From Octopus sinensis (lineage: Eukaryota), in contig NC_043006.1 in NCBI RefSeq assembly GCF_006345805.1, positions 89,466,001 to 89,530,000 on the forward strand: 64,000 nt of DNA, read 5' to 3'. Of the stretch, positions 25,100 through 38,400 are shown in pieces; position 1 is the first letter of the stretch, and every line of letters begins with the position of its first letter. The position numbers were made by a program, and so were the translations under genes. The notes beneath the pieces were generated by a model that saw only the letters and a program-made list of their open reading frames with translations, searched no databases and was not told the origin of the DNA.

Positions 25100-25553
25100 G
25101 AATTCATGGCTCACAGGATGGCCTGCTGTGCTAACCTTGGATCGTAGAGTGACCCGCTGTTCTTGAGGAGACCTACTGAGTCAAGTAAGTCAACATCAAA
25201 ATAAAAATCAAATGGAAATTGTAGTTAAGACACCCGTGCCGGTGACACATAAAAAGCACCATCCGAATGTGGCAGATGCCAGCACCACCTGACTGGCATC
25301 TGTGTCGGTGACATGTAAAAGCACCAACCGATTGTGGCCATTTGCCAGCCTGCTCTGGCCCCTGTGCCGGTGGCACGTAAAAATCACCCACTACACTCAT
25401 GGAGTGGTTGACATTAGGAGGGGCATCCAGCTGTAGAAACACTGTTAAATCAGACTGGAACCTGGTGCAGCCTCCTGGCTTCCCAGACCCTGGTCGAACC
25501 GTCCAACTCAAGCTAGCATGGAAAACGGATGTTAAACGATGATGATGATGATG
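25100..25553 (+). mobile_element. RTE 3' UTR with about three internal 60-65-bp modules
   Basis: Repeated GTGCCGGTGRCACRTAAAAGCACC units then AGGAGGGGCATCCAGC and (GAT)n. Confidence 0.85.
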
Positions 25554-28500
25554 AATAGAGATACCTCACTACAAGGCCACATATATCTCATAACACTACA
25601 ACAGCAGTTCTGAACTATGGCTCTCAGGGCCTCATGTGGCCCTCAAGCAACCTTCCATCAGCCCTCAACAGTATTCTCTCAATAAATCGAATCAATTTTT
25701 CTTTTACTGATTTGTGTTTTATATTTTTTGGTGCAGCCCCTGAAAAAAATCCAGGTTTTGTATCTGGCCCTGACATTAAAAGAAAGGTTGTGAACAACAG
25801 CTGTACAATCACAAATCACTTTATAGGTGAAGACATTACAATTACTATATCATCATCATCATCATCATTTAACGCCTTCTTTCCATGCTGGCATGGGTTG
25901 GACGTGAAAATGGATACAATCTTTCATACAGAAATTTTACAAGATGGCAACACATTCAGTACCACAGGCATTCTATGCAAGCAAGCATGACTTGGTGGCA
26001 TACACTACACATTTGTTATTATTTTAAATGCCTATGTACAAGTTGCAAACAGATACAGACTCCCATTTAAACTTGACTTGGCAAAACATCCAGAATGTGA
26101 AAGCAGAAAGGGTAAGAGCCACACCAGCACTTGGCTGGTACTCATTTCATGTTGTTGAATAGATGAGAGCAACATGAAATAAAGTGTCTTGCTCAAGAAC
26201 ACAATGTACTGTCCAGTTCAGAAATTGAACTCACAATCTTATGGTTATGAGGTGAACACTTTGACAAATAGGCCACATACATCATCATCTTGATAATTTA
26301 ACATATGTTTGGTTTCATGCTGACATGGGTTGGACAGTTCAAGAGGATGATTTTCCCACTTTGCAGCATGTACTGGGTGCTTTGAACATAGCTTTGGCAC
26401 TTGTGAGGTTACTGAGTAAGTCACAAAACAGAGCCACAGTTGAGGGGGTAAAAATATCAAGGAAGGTGGCTTTATGCTAGATAATGAGAGGTTGGAAAAA
26501 GGAAAAGATGATGTGTCAGAGCACACCCTCAAGGTCATAAAGGTGAATATAAGAGAATTGGTATGGTTGTTTAGACGGGGTGAATGGGTAGGTGAGCTGA
26601 AGAGAGGGTGGAAGGAGAGTGGCAGATCAATAGAAATGAAGATAGAGATCAATGCTGCAAATGGTAAACATGGGTAGACACCTTTACTACAAAATACTGT
26701 GAGCTACAGCTATCCCATTATAATCTAATTGAAAATATGCGTGTGTGTGTGCATGCATGCATGTGTGTATTCATCATACTATACCACAAATACCTTGTTA
26801 AATCACTGATGTTACATCTACATCTCTAGATATATCCTCATGCATCCTTACATGCCTAAACACACTGACCAAGCAATCTGAAAATCCCTCACCACCTATA
26901 CTCTGTTGTATTATGAGTATTCCCTCACTGAGTGCCTACAGAGGCTTGTTTATGCTGCATATTAAAGGTAGATTCGTCAGATCAGGCATTATTCATGCAA
27001 ATAAAGAGGGACTGGTCCCCTGAATTAAAGAATCAACATTTTCACCATGTACCACACCAATTTATTCACTCCTTTCAAATAACAACTCTCCATTGCTGAT
27101 CTTGATAGTCATACATCTTCAAGATTCTCCTCCTTTAAACAAAACCCTTTCTCAGTAAACAAAACCTTTCTGGCCATATTACTTTGCCATTTTATAGCAA
27201 TATTTTTGAATCAATTTTCATTACTATTCTTCCTTCGTTGAATGCCCAAAGGCAATACAGATGCAGACAAGTGAAGTTTTTCTTCATCTAAATTTACTGA
27301 TTGGCTGACAAAACTCATTTTTCTTTTCTCTTCAAGTGATATATCTTAAAGTGATAAATCTTGCTAAAATATCTTGGTTTGAATTTAATAACAGCAGGTC
27401 TTCTAGAGCAGCACATACACACACATTTTCTAATATTCCTGAGTATATACATGCATGCACACATATATATATATATATATAGCATTTCCCTCAAGCCATT
27501 CAGCAATATGACATATTGTTGTTAAAGTCAATTTTTGAATGCTGTAGTGTTGGTTTCTGTATGACAGAAAAATACAAAAGACAAAAAAATCTTACCCCTA
27601 CAGCAAATATAGTCTAGTTTGGTCTCTGATACTTATTTATCTTGGTTAATCTTTCAAGAAGAACTGGTACCATAATACAGAATAGGTACCAGATAAAGTA
27701 AGGCAAGTAAAATAAAGTTAAGTAACTTGCTCAAGGATCATCATTCATTATCATTGTTTTAACATTCCCATTTCCATGCTTTCATGATTCATGTGAGATT
27801 TGCTGAAGCAGCAGAATTTCTCTGGCTGTCGGCTGTTCCTGCTACTAACCCTCAAGCAAGGTAATATGTCATCTAGTTCCTCAAACATGAACAGCACAGT
27901 GGCTGGGACATGATCGCGTGGATGACTGCAAAGAGATGTCACTGTTTTATGTGAGTGTGATGTTTATTTATAATTAGTGCAAGGTATCAGGACAAGGGGA
28001 CATGAACACACACACACATCACACATACAGACACACACATATACGATAGACTTTCAGTTTCTATCTACCAAATTCACAAACAAGGCTTTGGGAAGTGAGC
28101 TTCTTCACAACAGTCGTTCCAGCACCAAAAATATAACATTAATTGCAACAATGTCTATAAATGTTTGGGATTTTTGAGTGCGGGGTTCAAATATCTAATT
28201 CTTTGAGTGCTTTTACCTGTGCTCATCCATTACAAGCTAAATATTCTGTTTAAAATGAGACCAGTTCATTAAAACTTCTGTCAAGAATTCTGTGTTTAGC
28301 AAGTCTGTGTAATATCTAAGCTTCCATACATTCATGAACGCAGGGTAAATTCTAGCAAAGTCTTTCAAGTATAGGCTGTCTATTTTGGGATTATATAAAT
28401 GAGAATATAGTTTCACAGTATCGATTGCAGTATTTTATTACTTTGTAACGATTGATTATTTCACTCAGCAATTTATTGTGCTCAGATGGATTTTCTGGAA

Positions 28501-28914
28501 TTTTCCAAGATGGCAAGCATCTCTCAAAGGTACCTGTTACATCTTTGTTTATGCAAACAATGGTTAACATTCAATATGTGAGGCTCAGGCTCATTTTTCA
28601 TTGTTGTAGTTATTCAACCTTTTCTTTAAGATTTCTCCTCCTGCATTTGTAGAAAAAGATATTAACAATCTGCCTCGTTGATGGATTTATCAATAACAAT
28701 CTTGGACAATATGCTGTCCCAAAGTCAGAATTCCATCAAAATAATCTCAATATTATTTATACACGCCGCATGCATTCTAACAATATTGATTTATGGAATA
28801 ACAGCGTTGGTTTTTTTTCTTTTGTGCATTTGTTCATTTAAGGCCTGCCGTTCCATACAAAAAGAGGTTGGATGGGAACAGTATTTCAGACAGGAATTTA
28901 TTTTTGGCTGTAGG

Positions 28915-29535
28915 TGTAGGAATGGCAGAATAGTTAAGTAGTTTGCTTTGCAATCACTTGGGTTTGAGTTCAGTTCCACAGCACAGTATCTTGGACTAGA
29001 CAAGTGTGTTCTACTATAGCCTTGGGCTGACCAAAGCCTTGTGAGTGGATTTGGTAGACAGACACTTTAACAAGTCATGTGCATGTGTGTGTGTGTGTGT
29101 GTGTGTGTGCACATGTGTGTGTGTATGTATGTGTGTATGTACACATCTGTGTGTGTTTGTTTGTAGGTATGTATGCATGTGTGTGCATATGTATGCATCT
29201 GTGTTTGTTTGTGGGTTTGTATGCATGTGAGTGTGTATGTGCATGTGTGTATGTATGCATCTGTGTTTGTTTGTGTGAGGGTATGTATGCATGTGTGTGT
29301 GTGTTTGGGCATACCCTTGTCTCAGTGAAGGTTGTAAATGAACATCAGTCATACAAGCAAAGTTGTTCATTTCTAGCTTTACATGAAAAGCATGTCTGGC
29401 CACAGGGAAATATCACCTTATTTGGAAACAGGTGAGGCTTAGCGACAGGAAGGGCATCCAGCCATAGAAAATCTACTTCAACATATTCCATCTGACTCAT
29501 GCAAGCATGGAACAGTGGACATTTGATGATGTTGA
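28915..29535 (+). mobile_element. tRNA-SINE (family A head) with expanded internal microsatellite and RTE-type tail
   Basis: Head/core CTACTATAGCCTTGGGCTGACCAAAGCCTTGTGAGTGGATTTGGTAGAC; tail AGGAAGGGCATCCAGCC...CATGCAAGCATGGAA...GATGAT. Confidence 0.8.
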
Positions 29536-29794
29536 TGATGGCTGATTTATTTAATTTATGGAATTTAATAAAAAAGCAACAATGATTAATTTATTTTGTA
29601 TCTTTTAATATTAATTATTTGAAATGCTGATATCAAGACATAAACTTTAAGGGAAGGGTATTAGTTAATTACATCAACCCTAGTAGGTGACTGGTATTTT
29701 ATTTTATCAACATCAGTAGGAACTGAACTCAAAACAAAAAGGGCCAGAACAAATAGCACAAGGCACTTAGTTTCACACTCTAATGATTTGGTAA

Positions 29795-29935
29795 ACTCCA
29801 TGAAAATTATGGAGGAAGTTAGAGTTCCATTAATTAGGAACATAATTAGTCTAGAAGAGATGCAGTTTGGGGTTTTGCGCCAAGGAGAAGGTACTACTGA
29901 TGCCATCTTCGTAGTAAGACGACCAAAGTATCTCA
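29795..29935 (+). mobile_element. RTE RT fragment
   Basis: MKIMEEV...EMQFGV..GEGTTDAIFVVR, an RTE RT subdomain motif. Confidence 0.7.
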
Positions 29936-29937
29936 CT

Positions 29938-30174
29938 CAGCAGAGTCCTCAACCCTTTTTTTGCCTATGGATCCTTTTGATTCCTATTTTACTCTACTGG
30001 ACCCTAATAAACATTTGAAAAGTCCCAATATAGTTTTATAATTAAATATAATTAGGAATTGTTGAAATATTTTGTGTGTTGTAAAAGTAAAACCAGTTTA
30101 TTGCAGATAAATTTTAACAACAAAATCTTATGTGGACCCACAAGGGCCATGTGGACCCCAGTTGAGAACTGCTG
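29938..30174. mobile_element. hAT-like MITE
   Basis: Imperfect termini CAGCAGAGTCCTCAACC and GTTGAGAACTGCTG with subterminal GGACCC motifs; possible degraded 8-bp TSD. Confidence 0.5.
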
Positions 30175-30982
30175 ATCCACCTAAGTCATGGTACTTGGCA
30201 TTTATTAACACTTTCCCCATTTTGTCTGTTGCAACCATGAAGCAGTCTGAATTACAGGAAACTGAGAGCATGTAAGAATTTCGTAGCTTACTACATATAC
30301 AAGCATCTCAGAGGCTATTACATATAGATAGCAGGACATACTGGTAGCAGCTAAATGATGTGTGTGTGCGGCTAATATTCTGTTAAAGAAAGTCTCAACC
30401 GATTACAGGGTCAGACAAAAATTTTGACAGAAACCAGAAAAGATAACCTAAAAAATTACAGAAACTTTTGTATATTTTAACTTTTTGTTGTCTTACACGC
30501 ACTTGTGTGTGTGTGTGTATATTTGTGTATTACTACAGAGCCAAAATGGCTGAGACGTTAGTGTGGTGGGAGGCATCAGTGATGATGAAGGTAGTGATGG
30601 TAGTTGTGGCATTTGTAAATCATTCATTCTGTTTGGATAATAAAAGAGAGTATTGTAATCTTTTTCTGAAGACCCCAAGATGAGAGAGCAATTATGATTT
30701 CTGACAAACCTAATTAGGAATATACCACAGGATATCCTGACCTGCATATCTATTTCCATTGTGTTGTAATTAATGTCAGGCCTCTAAAGGTTTTGTTGAT
30801 GAATAACAGCTGGGAAAGTGTTGACACTACATTGAGAAGGATAAGTGTTGAAAGAGGCTAAGTCGCCTGGACAATAGTCAACAAGTCAGAATATCAACAT
30901 CAATAATCATTAGATAAATAAGTGACCAAAAGGTGTAGTGTGTGTGTCCAACTTCTTATCCACATAGCCATACCTGTGCCAG

Positions 30983-31447
30983 GCATGGCTATGTGGATAA
31001 GAAGTTTGCTTCCCAACCACATGGCTCCATGTTCAATTCCATTGCATGGCACCCTTGGCAATTGTCTTTTACCATAGCCCCAGGTTGACCAAAGCATTGA
31101 GAGTGAATTTGGTAAAGGGAAACTGAAAGAAGCCAGTTGAAACTCTGTGTGTGAGTGGGGGGGAGGTGCATGTGTGCATACACATGTAAAATATATGTGT
31201 GCATTTGTGAGATTCTTAGCTTGACACCATACACTAGTGGTAAACAAGTACCACCATCTTAAGAGTAGTGTTGTTTATTTCCAATCTTGCTGAAAATTGT
31301 GTCCAGCCATAGGAAAATATTACCTTACTCGGAAATGAGTGAGGGTTGGCCAAAGGAGGGGCATCTAGTCATAGAAAATTTGTTTTCATAAATTCTGTTT
31401 GACCCATGCCAACAAAGAAAAGTAGATGCTGAAACAATGATGGTGAT
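30983..31447 (+). mobile_element. tRNA-SINE (family A head) with RTE-type tail
   Basis: GCATGGCTATGTGGATAAGAAGTTTGCTTCC head; tail GGAGGGGCATCTAG...GACCCATGC...ATGATG. Confidence 0.8.
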
Positions 31448-32352
31448 ACATACACATATGTATATTAATCTTTATACTATGATGATGATGATGACTACAC
31501 AGAACTATAAATCTACTTCAGCTGATCTTTATCAGTTTCACACATGAATTAAGCAATTAGGTGATAAACTATGATGGCACTCATCTAAGTGGGGATATGG
31601 AAAACATGCCAACAGATCTCTGATACAGGAGGCCACCAAGTGTCTCATCCTGTTTAGCTCCAGCTTGCCTAATTCATGAGTTAAACCAATTGGTAAAATG
31701 CCCTTTGCCTCAAACGACCATGCTAAAAATAAGTGATGCTTGATGATTTTCCTAGCCAACAAGTCAACCTCTAACTCTATGCTTTTGAAAATAAACGAAA
31801 CCATAAAATCTCATACTTGAAAAACAGCGAAGGGTTACCATCAAAAAGGGCATTGAACTATTAAAACAATAAAATATTTTTGTCCAGTCAATGTCCAAGA
31901 AGCCATTCTGTGATTCAGAAATCAAAACCATATGGCTACTAAATGAACTACCGAGGCAGACAGCTTGCACCTTATATAATATTTATATAAAATACTAGTG
32001 GATATATATATATATATATATATAATATATATATATATATACCTCAGACACAGCATGGTGATGAAGTTAAGAAGCTTGCTTCCCAATCATGTGGTCTCAG
32101 GTTCAGTCCTACTGTGAAACACCTTGGGCATGCCCTGAGGCCAATCAAAGCCTTATGAGTAGAATTGGTAGATGGCAACTGAAAGAAACGCATTGTTGAT
32201 ATATATATGTTATTGATAACACTCAGAAGAAGGTGGTTCTTTTCTACTCACCAAAGTGAATGGGGCTTTGGTCAGGAGGAATTGATGCCATCAGATGGTA
32301 TTCAATGATCATCAGGCTGAGATATATGTATATATATATATATATATATATA

Positions 32353-32743
32353 AGAATGTTTTGCGTGATAAGATAAAAAAACCAAGGCTGTATAGATATT
32401 AGAGCATTTATAGATAGAAGGTCTTACAGCTGTTTCCAGGATATTTATTAATTATATCCCTTCATCAGAGATGGTGTGAGAGGAAAAATTAAGTCATAGT
32501 TAGTGTCGATGTGATACAAAATAGAGAGTGGGGTGGAGGAAAGAAAATAGATGTAAGTTATGTATGGGTATTGAATTTGTAAATCTGCTTTATAGGCATA
32601 ATGGTATATATGCAATATTCCAATATCCTTTGAGTAAAATCCAAAAGTCCAACAGAGTTTAATATGAGTCCTTCCAAATATAGAGTTATAAGCAATGTAA
32701 GATTCCCTTATGAGTGAGAGATTTTTAAAAACTTGGTCATTCC

Positions 32744-32748
<5 letters not shown>
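32353..32748 (-). mobile_element. PLE-like 3' end embedded in (TA)n
   Basis: Contains hammerhead 32421-32472; (TA)n on both flanks. Confidence 0.65.
32421..32472 (-). ncRNA. Minimal type I hammerhead ribozyme
   Basis: Minus strand: ATCT-CTGATGA-AGGGATAT-aattaataa-ATATCCTG-GAAAC-AGCT-GTA-AGAC. Confidence 0.8.
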
Positions 32749-32792
<44 letters not shown>

Positions 32793-33285
32793 TCTTCATC
32801 ATTTAATGTCCAATTTTTTGCATGTTACCATGATATGATTGTCTCACTTTCACAAACAAGATCTCTGATCAGCTCACTAAACAAGCACAACACTGAAATA
32901 TTGTATTGTTTTAGTATTATCATAATTATTAAATTTAATTAATATTATATTGTATATTTATTTCTCTCTGAATTATGGTATGTTGTTGTAGCCATCTGAA
33001 AACGTATCTGCAGTTTGGTTGCAGCAGTTACTTTTATTGTTGTTACTGTTTTTGTTCCTGCAGCTTGCAATGTAATCCCATTTATCATTGTATCTCTCAG
33101 TTAATAAATGTGAATTGAAATTAATTGAATGATGCTAAATAAATCATTTTGATGATGTCGTAGTATATTTATCTGTTAATGGGAATGATCTATCAAAATG
33201 TTTTCCTTTCTTGCAACCAGGAATAAACGACTGCTCTGTTTGTAAGCAGACAGATTAAAATGTTACACTTGGTGTTTTACAAATA

Positions 33286-33590
33286 CAGTGGAACCTTGGC
33301 CTATGAATGTTGCTCATCATGAACAAATCGGCTTATGAACCATTTTTTGAACATGAAATATCTCAGGTAACAAATGGTGTCTCAGCTAATGTACATGCAA
33401 GTCAGCAACAAAAGATAGGCTGGTGGTATTAGTGGAAGAGTATCAGTTGGTATCTAGCTTTCACTCAGTACAAATCCCTGCTTGAATCTGCCTTGAATTC
33501 CCTATGAAAAAAATTATTTGGGTTTACAAATATCTTGGGTGCTGAACAGGCTTCAGGAATGAATTAAATTCATAAACGAAGGTGCCACTT
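33286..33590. mobile_element. Tigger/pogo-type MITE
   Basis: TA-flanked imperfect TIRs CAGTGGAACCTTGGCCTATGAA and TTCATAAACGAAGGTGCCACTT. Confidence 0.7.
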
Positions 33591-34954
33591 TATAAGTATG
33601 TGCGTGTGTGTTAGTGACTTTGTATCACAAGCACTGGACTCTACCTTTATATAGTACCTTTTAAAGCTTGGTAGACTGGGTACAGGAGTCAACCATATTT
33701 CCATAGGGTACACATCTTCAACAAATGGACTGGGTACAGCTACAAACTGTACCTCTACATTGGGCTCATACATGCCTAGGTAGACTAGGTACACTTGTTA
33801 ACTGCATCTCTATACTGTATCTATTATTGCTATTATCGTTTAGCACCAAGTGAAGACTGATCCAGCAGACCAATGACCAGAAGTGCTCTATGACCATCCC
33901 ATCTGTTATTCTATGGTTAAAACTACAGTATTCCAACTGTCATTCTGTTAAAAAACAAAGAAACAAAATCTAATTGTAAAATTTTCTTTCAGTTTTATAT
34001 TCTTTATTTGTTTTGTTTATTTTATGTTTTTATGAAGCTCAGCTTAAATCATTTTTCTAGATGGATGCAATAATTCAGAGTGATTCAAAATTCCTGAATC
34101 AATTAAAGTCTAGCAGAGTCTTAATAAAAATATAATGAATTCATGTGATTGTATTTATTTTGGGTCCTAATAAACTTGGGTAAGGATGATCACTGCTGTT
34201 ATTTTCATCTAAATTCCTCAACTGATATTAGCTTTTTTCTACATTTCAAATTAAATTTAATCAATGTTTTTGTATTCTTTCAAAAAGGTATTTTGTGGTG
34301 TAGAGCTGGCAGAGTGGGGACGAAATACTTAGTGGCAATTTTTCTGACTCATTGTGCTCTGGGGTGTGTGGGGACAGGCACATCAAAGAATAGCCCAATG
34401 TTTCCTCTATGTGTCGTAAAAGGCTAGTAAAAGAGGTTCAGATAGGGATTTGCACTCTGGCCCCATAAAACCCTCAACAGAGTTTTACAGACCTATGAGT
34501 CATCACTGGTATTTGTTCCAGCTGTGCCATTTGAGATCAAATCCCACCACATTCTATTTGAGTGGTAGACTTAATCCTGATTTAACACCACCATCTGGCA
34601 GTTTGGATACCTTTTGCAGATTTCACTCCATTGCAAGAATTCATAGGTCTTCCATTTGGCAAAACTTTCCTCCCTCTATCTTGTTTTGCAAGATTTGTAA
34701 AGATCATGGATATTGTCTTGCCACCTGATTAAATGATTACAAACAAAAAAATGTTATGTCTTTATGCCAAATATTTTCACAACATAATGGTTCAGAAATG
34801 TTGTTACAGGCTTTTCTGTTTTTTCCTAATTTCCTCTAAATATTTCATTTGTTTTCTTCATTCACTAATTTCAAGGTCTTTTTTTTTTTTTAATGCAGGT
34901 ACAGGTTGGACAGATGCCTATTTCAGGCAGCATTTTGCAATTAAGTGCTGCAGG

Positions 34955-35290
34955 CGCAGGCATGGTTGTGTAGTTAAGGAGTTTGCTAGCAAATCATATG
35001 GTTTTAGGTTCAGTCCCACTGCATGACACCCTGGGAAAATATTTTCTACTACAGACCTGGGCCAACAAAAGCCTTGCGAGTGGATTTGATGGACAGAAAA
35101 TGAAAGAAGCCTGTTTTATATATATGTGTGTGTGTGTGTGTATTTACATACATATATATTTATATATGTATATATATCTGTATGTATACATGTGAGTAAA
35201 TAAGGGTAAGTTTGCATCTCCTTGCTTTGACATCATGTGAAAGTTATAAATGAGCGTCACAGTCATACAAACAGTGTTGTTCAATTCTGA
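34955..35290 (+). mobile_element. tRNA-SINE family A, old copy
   Basis: GCAGGCATGGTTGTGTAGTTAAGGAGTTTGCT...GGTTCAGTCCCACTG head and shared core. Confidence 0.75.
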
Positions 35291-35539
35291 TACACAGTCT
35301 CTGCGACTTACAACCACAAAAAATAACAAATAAAACAAATAAATTAAAAAATCAATGTTGAGCAGTGGTGCGTATGATAACTATGGCAGCATCCAGCAAT
35401 GCAGGCCCCTCCCCTCAGACCACAGGCATCTACTGTCTCTCACTCAGTCACTTTCAAACATCAGCTGCATGTGGATGTGTTACAGTTGTATTTGAAATAC
35501 CCCTAGAATGACTGGTAGAAGGAAAATGCTTTCAGTACA

Positions 35540-36050
35540 GATGTGCTAGCTAAGAAGTTGAGGAAGGCTTTTGATTTAGACTGTGAAATGAAAATTATCT
35601 GGCAGTATGAAGGTGAGAAAAAAGGTGAATAGCACACATCATTGATGATACTTAAGGACAAAGTAGAATTTGTGAAAGGTTCTGCACCAATGAAGCTTAC
35701 AATTTTAACAAAACAACGACAGGGTCCCATTCATGGAATGGAGAAATTGTTATTCATGTGGATGGAAGATTTAATACAGAAAAAGACACCCATGAGCCTT
35801 GACACAGGGCAAACAAAGGATAGAAGTCTGTTTCAGACTTTAAAATCATGCTTCAGAGATAATTACACACAAGATTTTTCAGGCTAGTAATGGATGATTT
35901 ATGCATTTTAAAAAATAGATTTGCTTTGCATAATGTACATGTAATAGGAGAAACAGGAACTGCAGATGAAGATGGAGTGCAAAAATTCAATGATAGCTTT
36001 GACGAATTAATTGAAGAAGGTTATCTACCAGAACAAATATTCAACAAATA
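35540..36050 (+). pseudogene. Tigger/pogo transposase remnant (CENP-B-type HTH, start of DDE)
   Basis: RKAFDL..MKII, GSAPMK..LTKQRQGPIHGMEKLLFMWMED, FKNRFALHNV.V.GE..TAD, EEGYLPEQIFN. Confidence 0.85.
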
Positions 36051-37198
36051 ATTAAAGTACAGTAGAGTACATATTATGTATTTTCCCATTATGTACAATA
36101 ATTATGGATTAAATGTTGGTGTTTTAATGTTTTTATAAACTATTTGAATGAAAATAGTGTCAAAAAATATAAATCCAACAAATGACCAGATCAACATAGG
36201 ACCTGTTAGAATGGAACTGGGTCGTAAGGAGAAGAAGGTGTATTCTGCAAAACCATGTCTGGCCAGAAATGTTACTGAGAAGGCTGGCAGCAGGAAGAGA
36301 ATCCAATAGCAGAAAGCCTGGCTCAATAAACTCCATCTGACCCATGCAGGTGTGGGGAAAGCAGCCAGTAAAATGATGCTGGTGATGATGATGATGATGA
36401 TGATGACCTTTCTGTCACCAACACCTTCCTTCTCTCTTGTGTCTATCTCTCACTTAACCATCCCTCACATTACGTCTCTCTCAAATTCTGTCTCACTTGT
36501 ACTTTACCCATTCTATTCTATCCCACCCCTCTCTCTCTCTTTCTCTCTCTCAATACTCTTTCATTTCTGCCTCTCACTCTCACCATTCTTGTTTTCATTT
36601 AACACTGCTCCCTCCCTCTACCTATCTCACACACACACAAACCCTCTGCTCTCTTTCCTTGTTTTCATCTCTCTTAATTAACAATCTACTCCACATCCCC
36701 ACCATCGACTCCACTGGTTTTTTTCCATGGTAGCCTCTCTTTTTCTCTCAACCTTTCAGCTATTCTCTCTCCTCCCCACTTTCTCTCTCAGTTTCTCTTA
36801 CATTTGTTCTATCGTTTCTTTCTTTTCCTTCACCTCTCTTTGATTTACTCTTTCATTTTCTACCTCTTTCCATTTATCATACCTTCTTATATCCTCTCTC
36901 ATCCTCTTCTCTTTTTCTCTGTTGGAGGTTTCCAGTTTTAGTCTATAACTATCATCCTATGAACCAATTAGACATTTCTTTTTCTTCAGGAATACAGCAG
37001 CAGCAGCATTGAATTGTAAATATAGCCAAAGGTAACAAAATAAAAATTAAACATGAACATTTTTTACTTTTGTTTGTTTTTGTTCTCTCTTTTATTATGC
37101 TTATCCTTATTATTTCATTTTCACACAAATATTGCTGTAACGTATACACACAAATGAGTGTGTGTGTGTGTGTTCATGCACATACATACATACATATG

Positions 37199-37231
<33 letters not shown>

Positions 37232-37659
37232 TTGTGTAGATTAGATGATGAAATTGCATGAGAATGCACACAGTTCAGTCTTCATTAGCTGGCTACAAAC
37301 TGCTATTCACACATGTCTTCACACATTAGAAGAAGCTATGATACAAACTATGTATTTTTTCACACACTACAGGAAATGCCAAGTGCATATTATTATCTCT
37401 CATTTACTCTTCAAAACCTACACAAAACTGCACATGAGTTTAGGCAAGGCTGTGTGGCCCAAAATTTGTTGCACAATTACAGGGTTCTGCATTCAATCCA
37501 GCTCTGATCACTCTGACCAACTGTCTTCTACTATAGCCTTTGGTTGACATATAACTTGTGGTGGATGGAAACTGTGCAGAAGCTGTGCATAGTAAATGCA
37601 GATATCTCTCGCTCAGTCTCTTTTTCTCTGTTTAAATATCATCATTGTCATCATCATTC

Positions 37660-38400
37660 TTACTATCATCATCATCATCTTTTAAAGTCTATCCTCCATG
37701 CTGGCATGAGTTGGACAGTTTGACCATCTGGAGAGCTGCCTTGGTCCCATTTGTTTGTTTTGGTAGGCTTTCTATGGCTGGATGCCCTTCCTAATTCCAG
37801 CCACTTTACAGAGTGTACAAGGTGCTTTTATGTGAAACTAGTACAGGTGTTTATGTGGTACCAGCATGGGTGCTTCGATGCGGTACCAGCACTCACATGT
37901 CTGCAAGACTGGATGAGGGAGCGATGTGCAGGACATGCCTGGACAACCACAATTTTACTTAGTTTGACATATCTTCTCAAGTACAACAAAGACTTGGTCC
38001 TTTGTCATATCCTCTGTGAGGCCCAACATCTGAAAATTCTTTCTTATTTCTTCATCCCACATCTTCTTGTGTCTACCCCTTCCACATGTTCCCTCCATAA
38101 TTAGAAGTCGGCACATCTTGATGAAGCTATCCTCATCCATATGCATTACACGATTACATCAGCACAGTCATTTCTCTTGCCCACTACAATTGATGCCTCA
38201 AATAACCCAATTTTTCTGTTAAATCCTTTACACTCTGTCATACATGCACACTGGCATTAACCATCCAGCAGATTATGCTGGCTTTATTTCTTTCGAGCAA
38301 GTCTTCAGTAGTCACAGCCCATGTCTCACTACCAGCAGCACAGCTGTTCATACACAAGTATCATACAATCTGCTTTTCACTCTGAGGGAGAGGCCCTTTG
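37660..38400 (-). mobile_element. Old RTE 3' fragment
   Basis: EGTCGRGRHKKMWDEEIRKNFQMLGLTEDMTKD and TKGLSLRVKSRLYDTCV plus RTE UTR and (CAT)n tail. Confidence 0.8.

Noticed and set aside
26840-28900. Possible decayed retroelement coding sequence
   Set aside because: Could not recover diagnostic motifs by eye.
31538-31970. Overlapping 68-88 aa ORFs in non-microsatellite sequence
   Set aside because: No recognisable domain or convincing splice signals; likely old TE debris.
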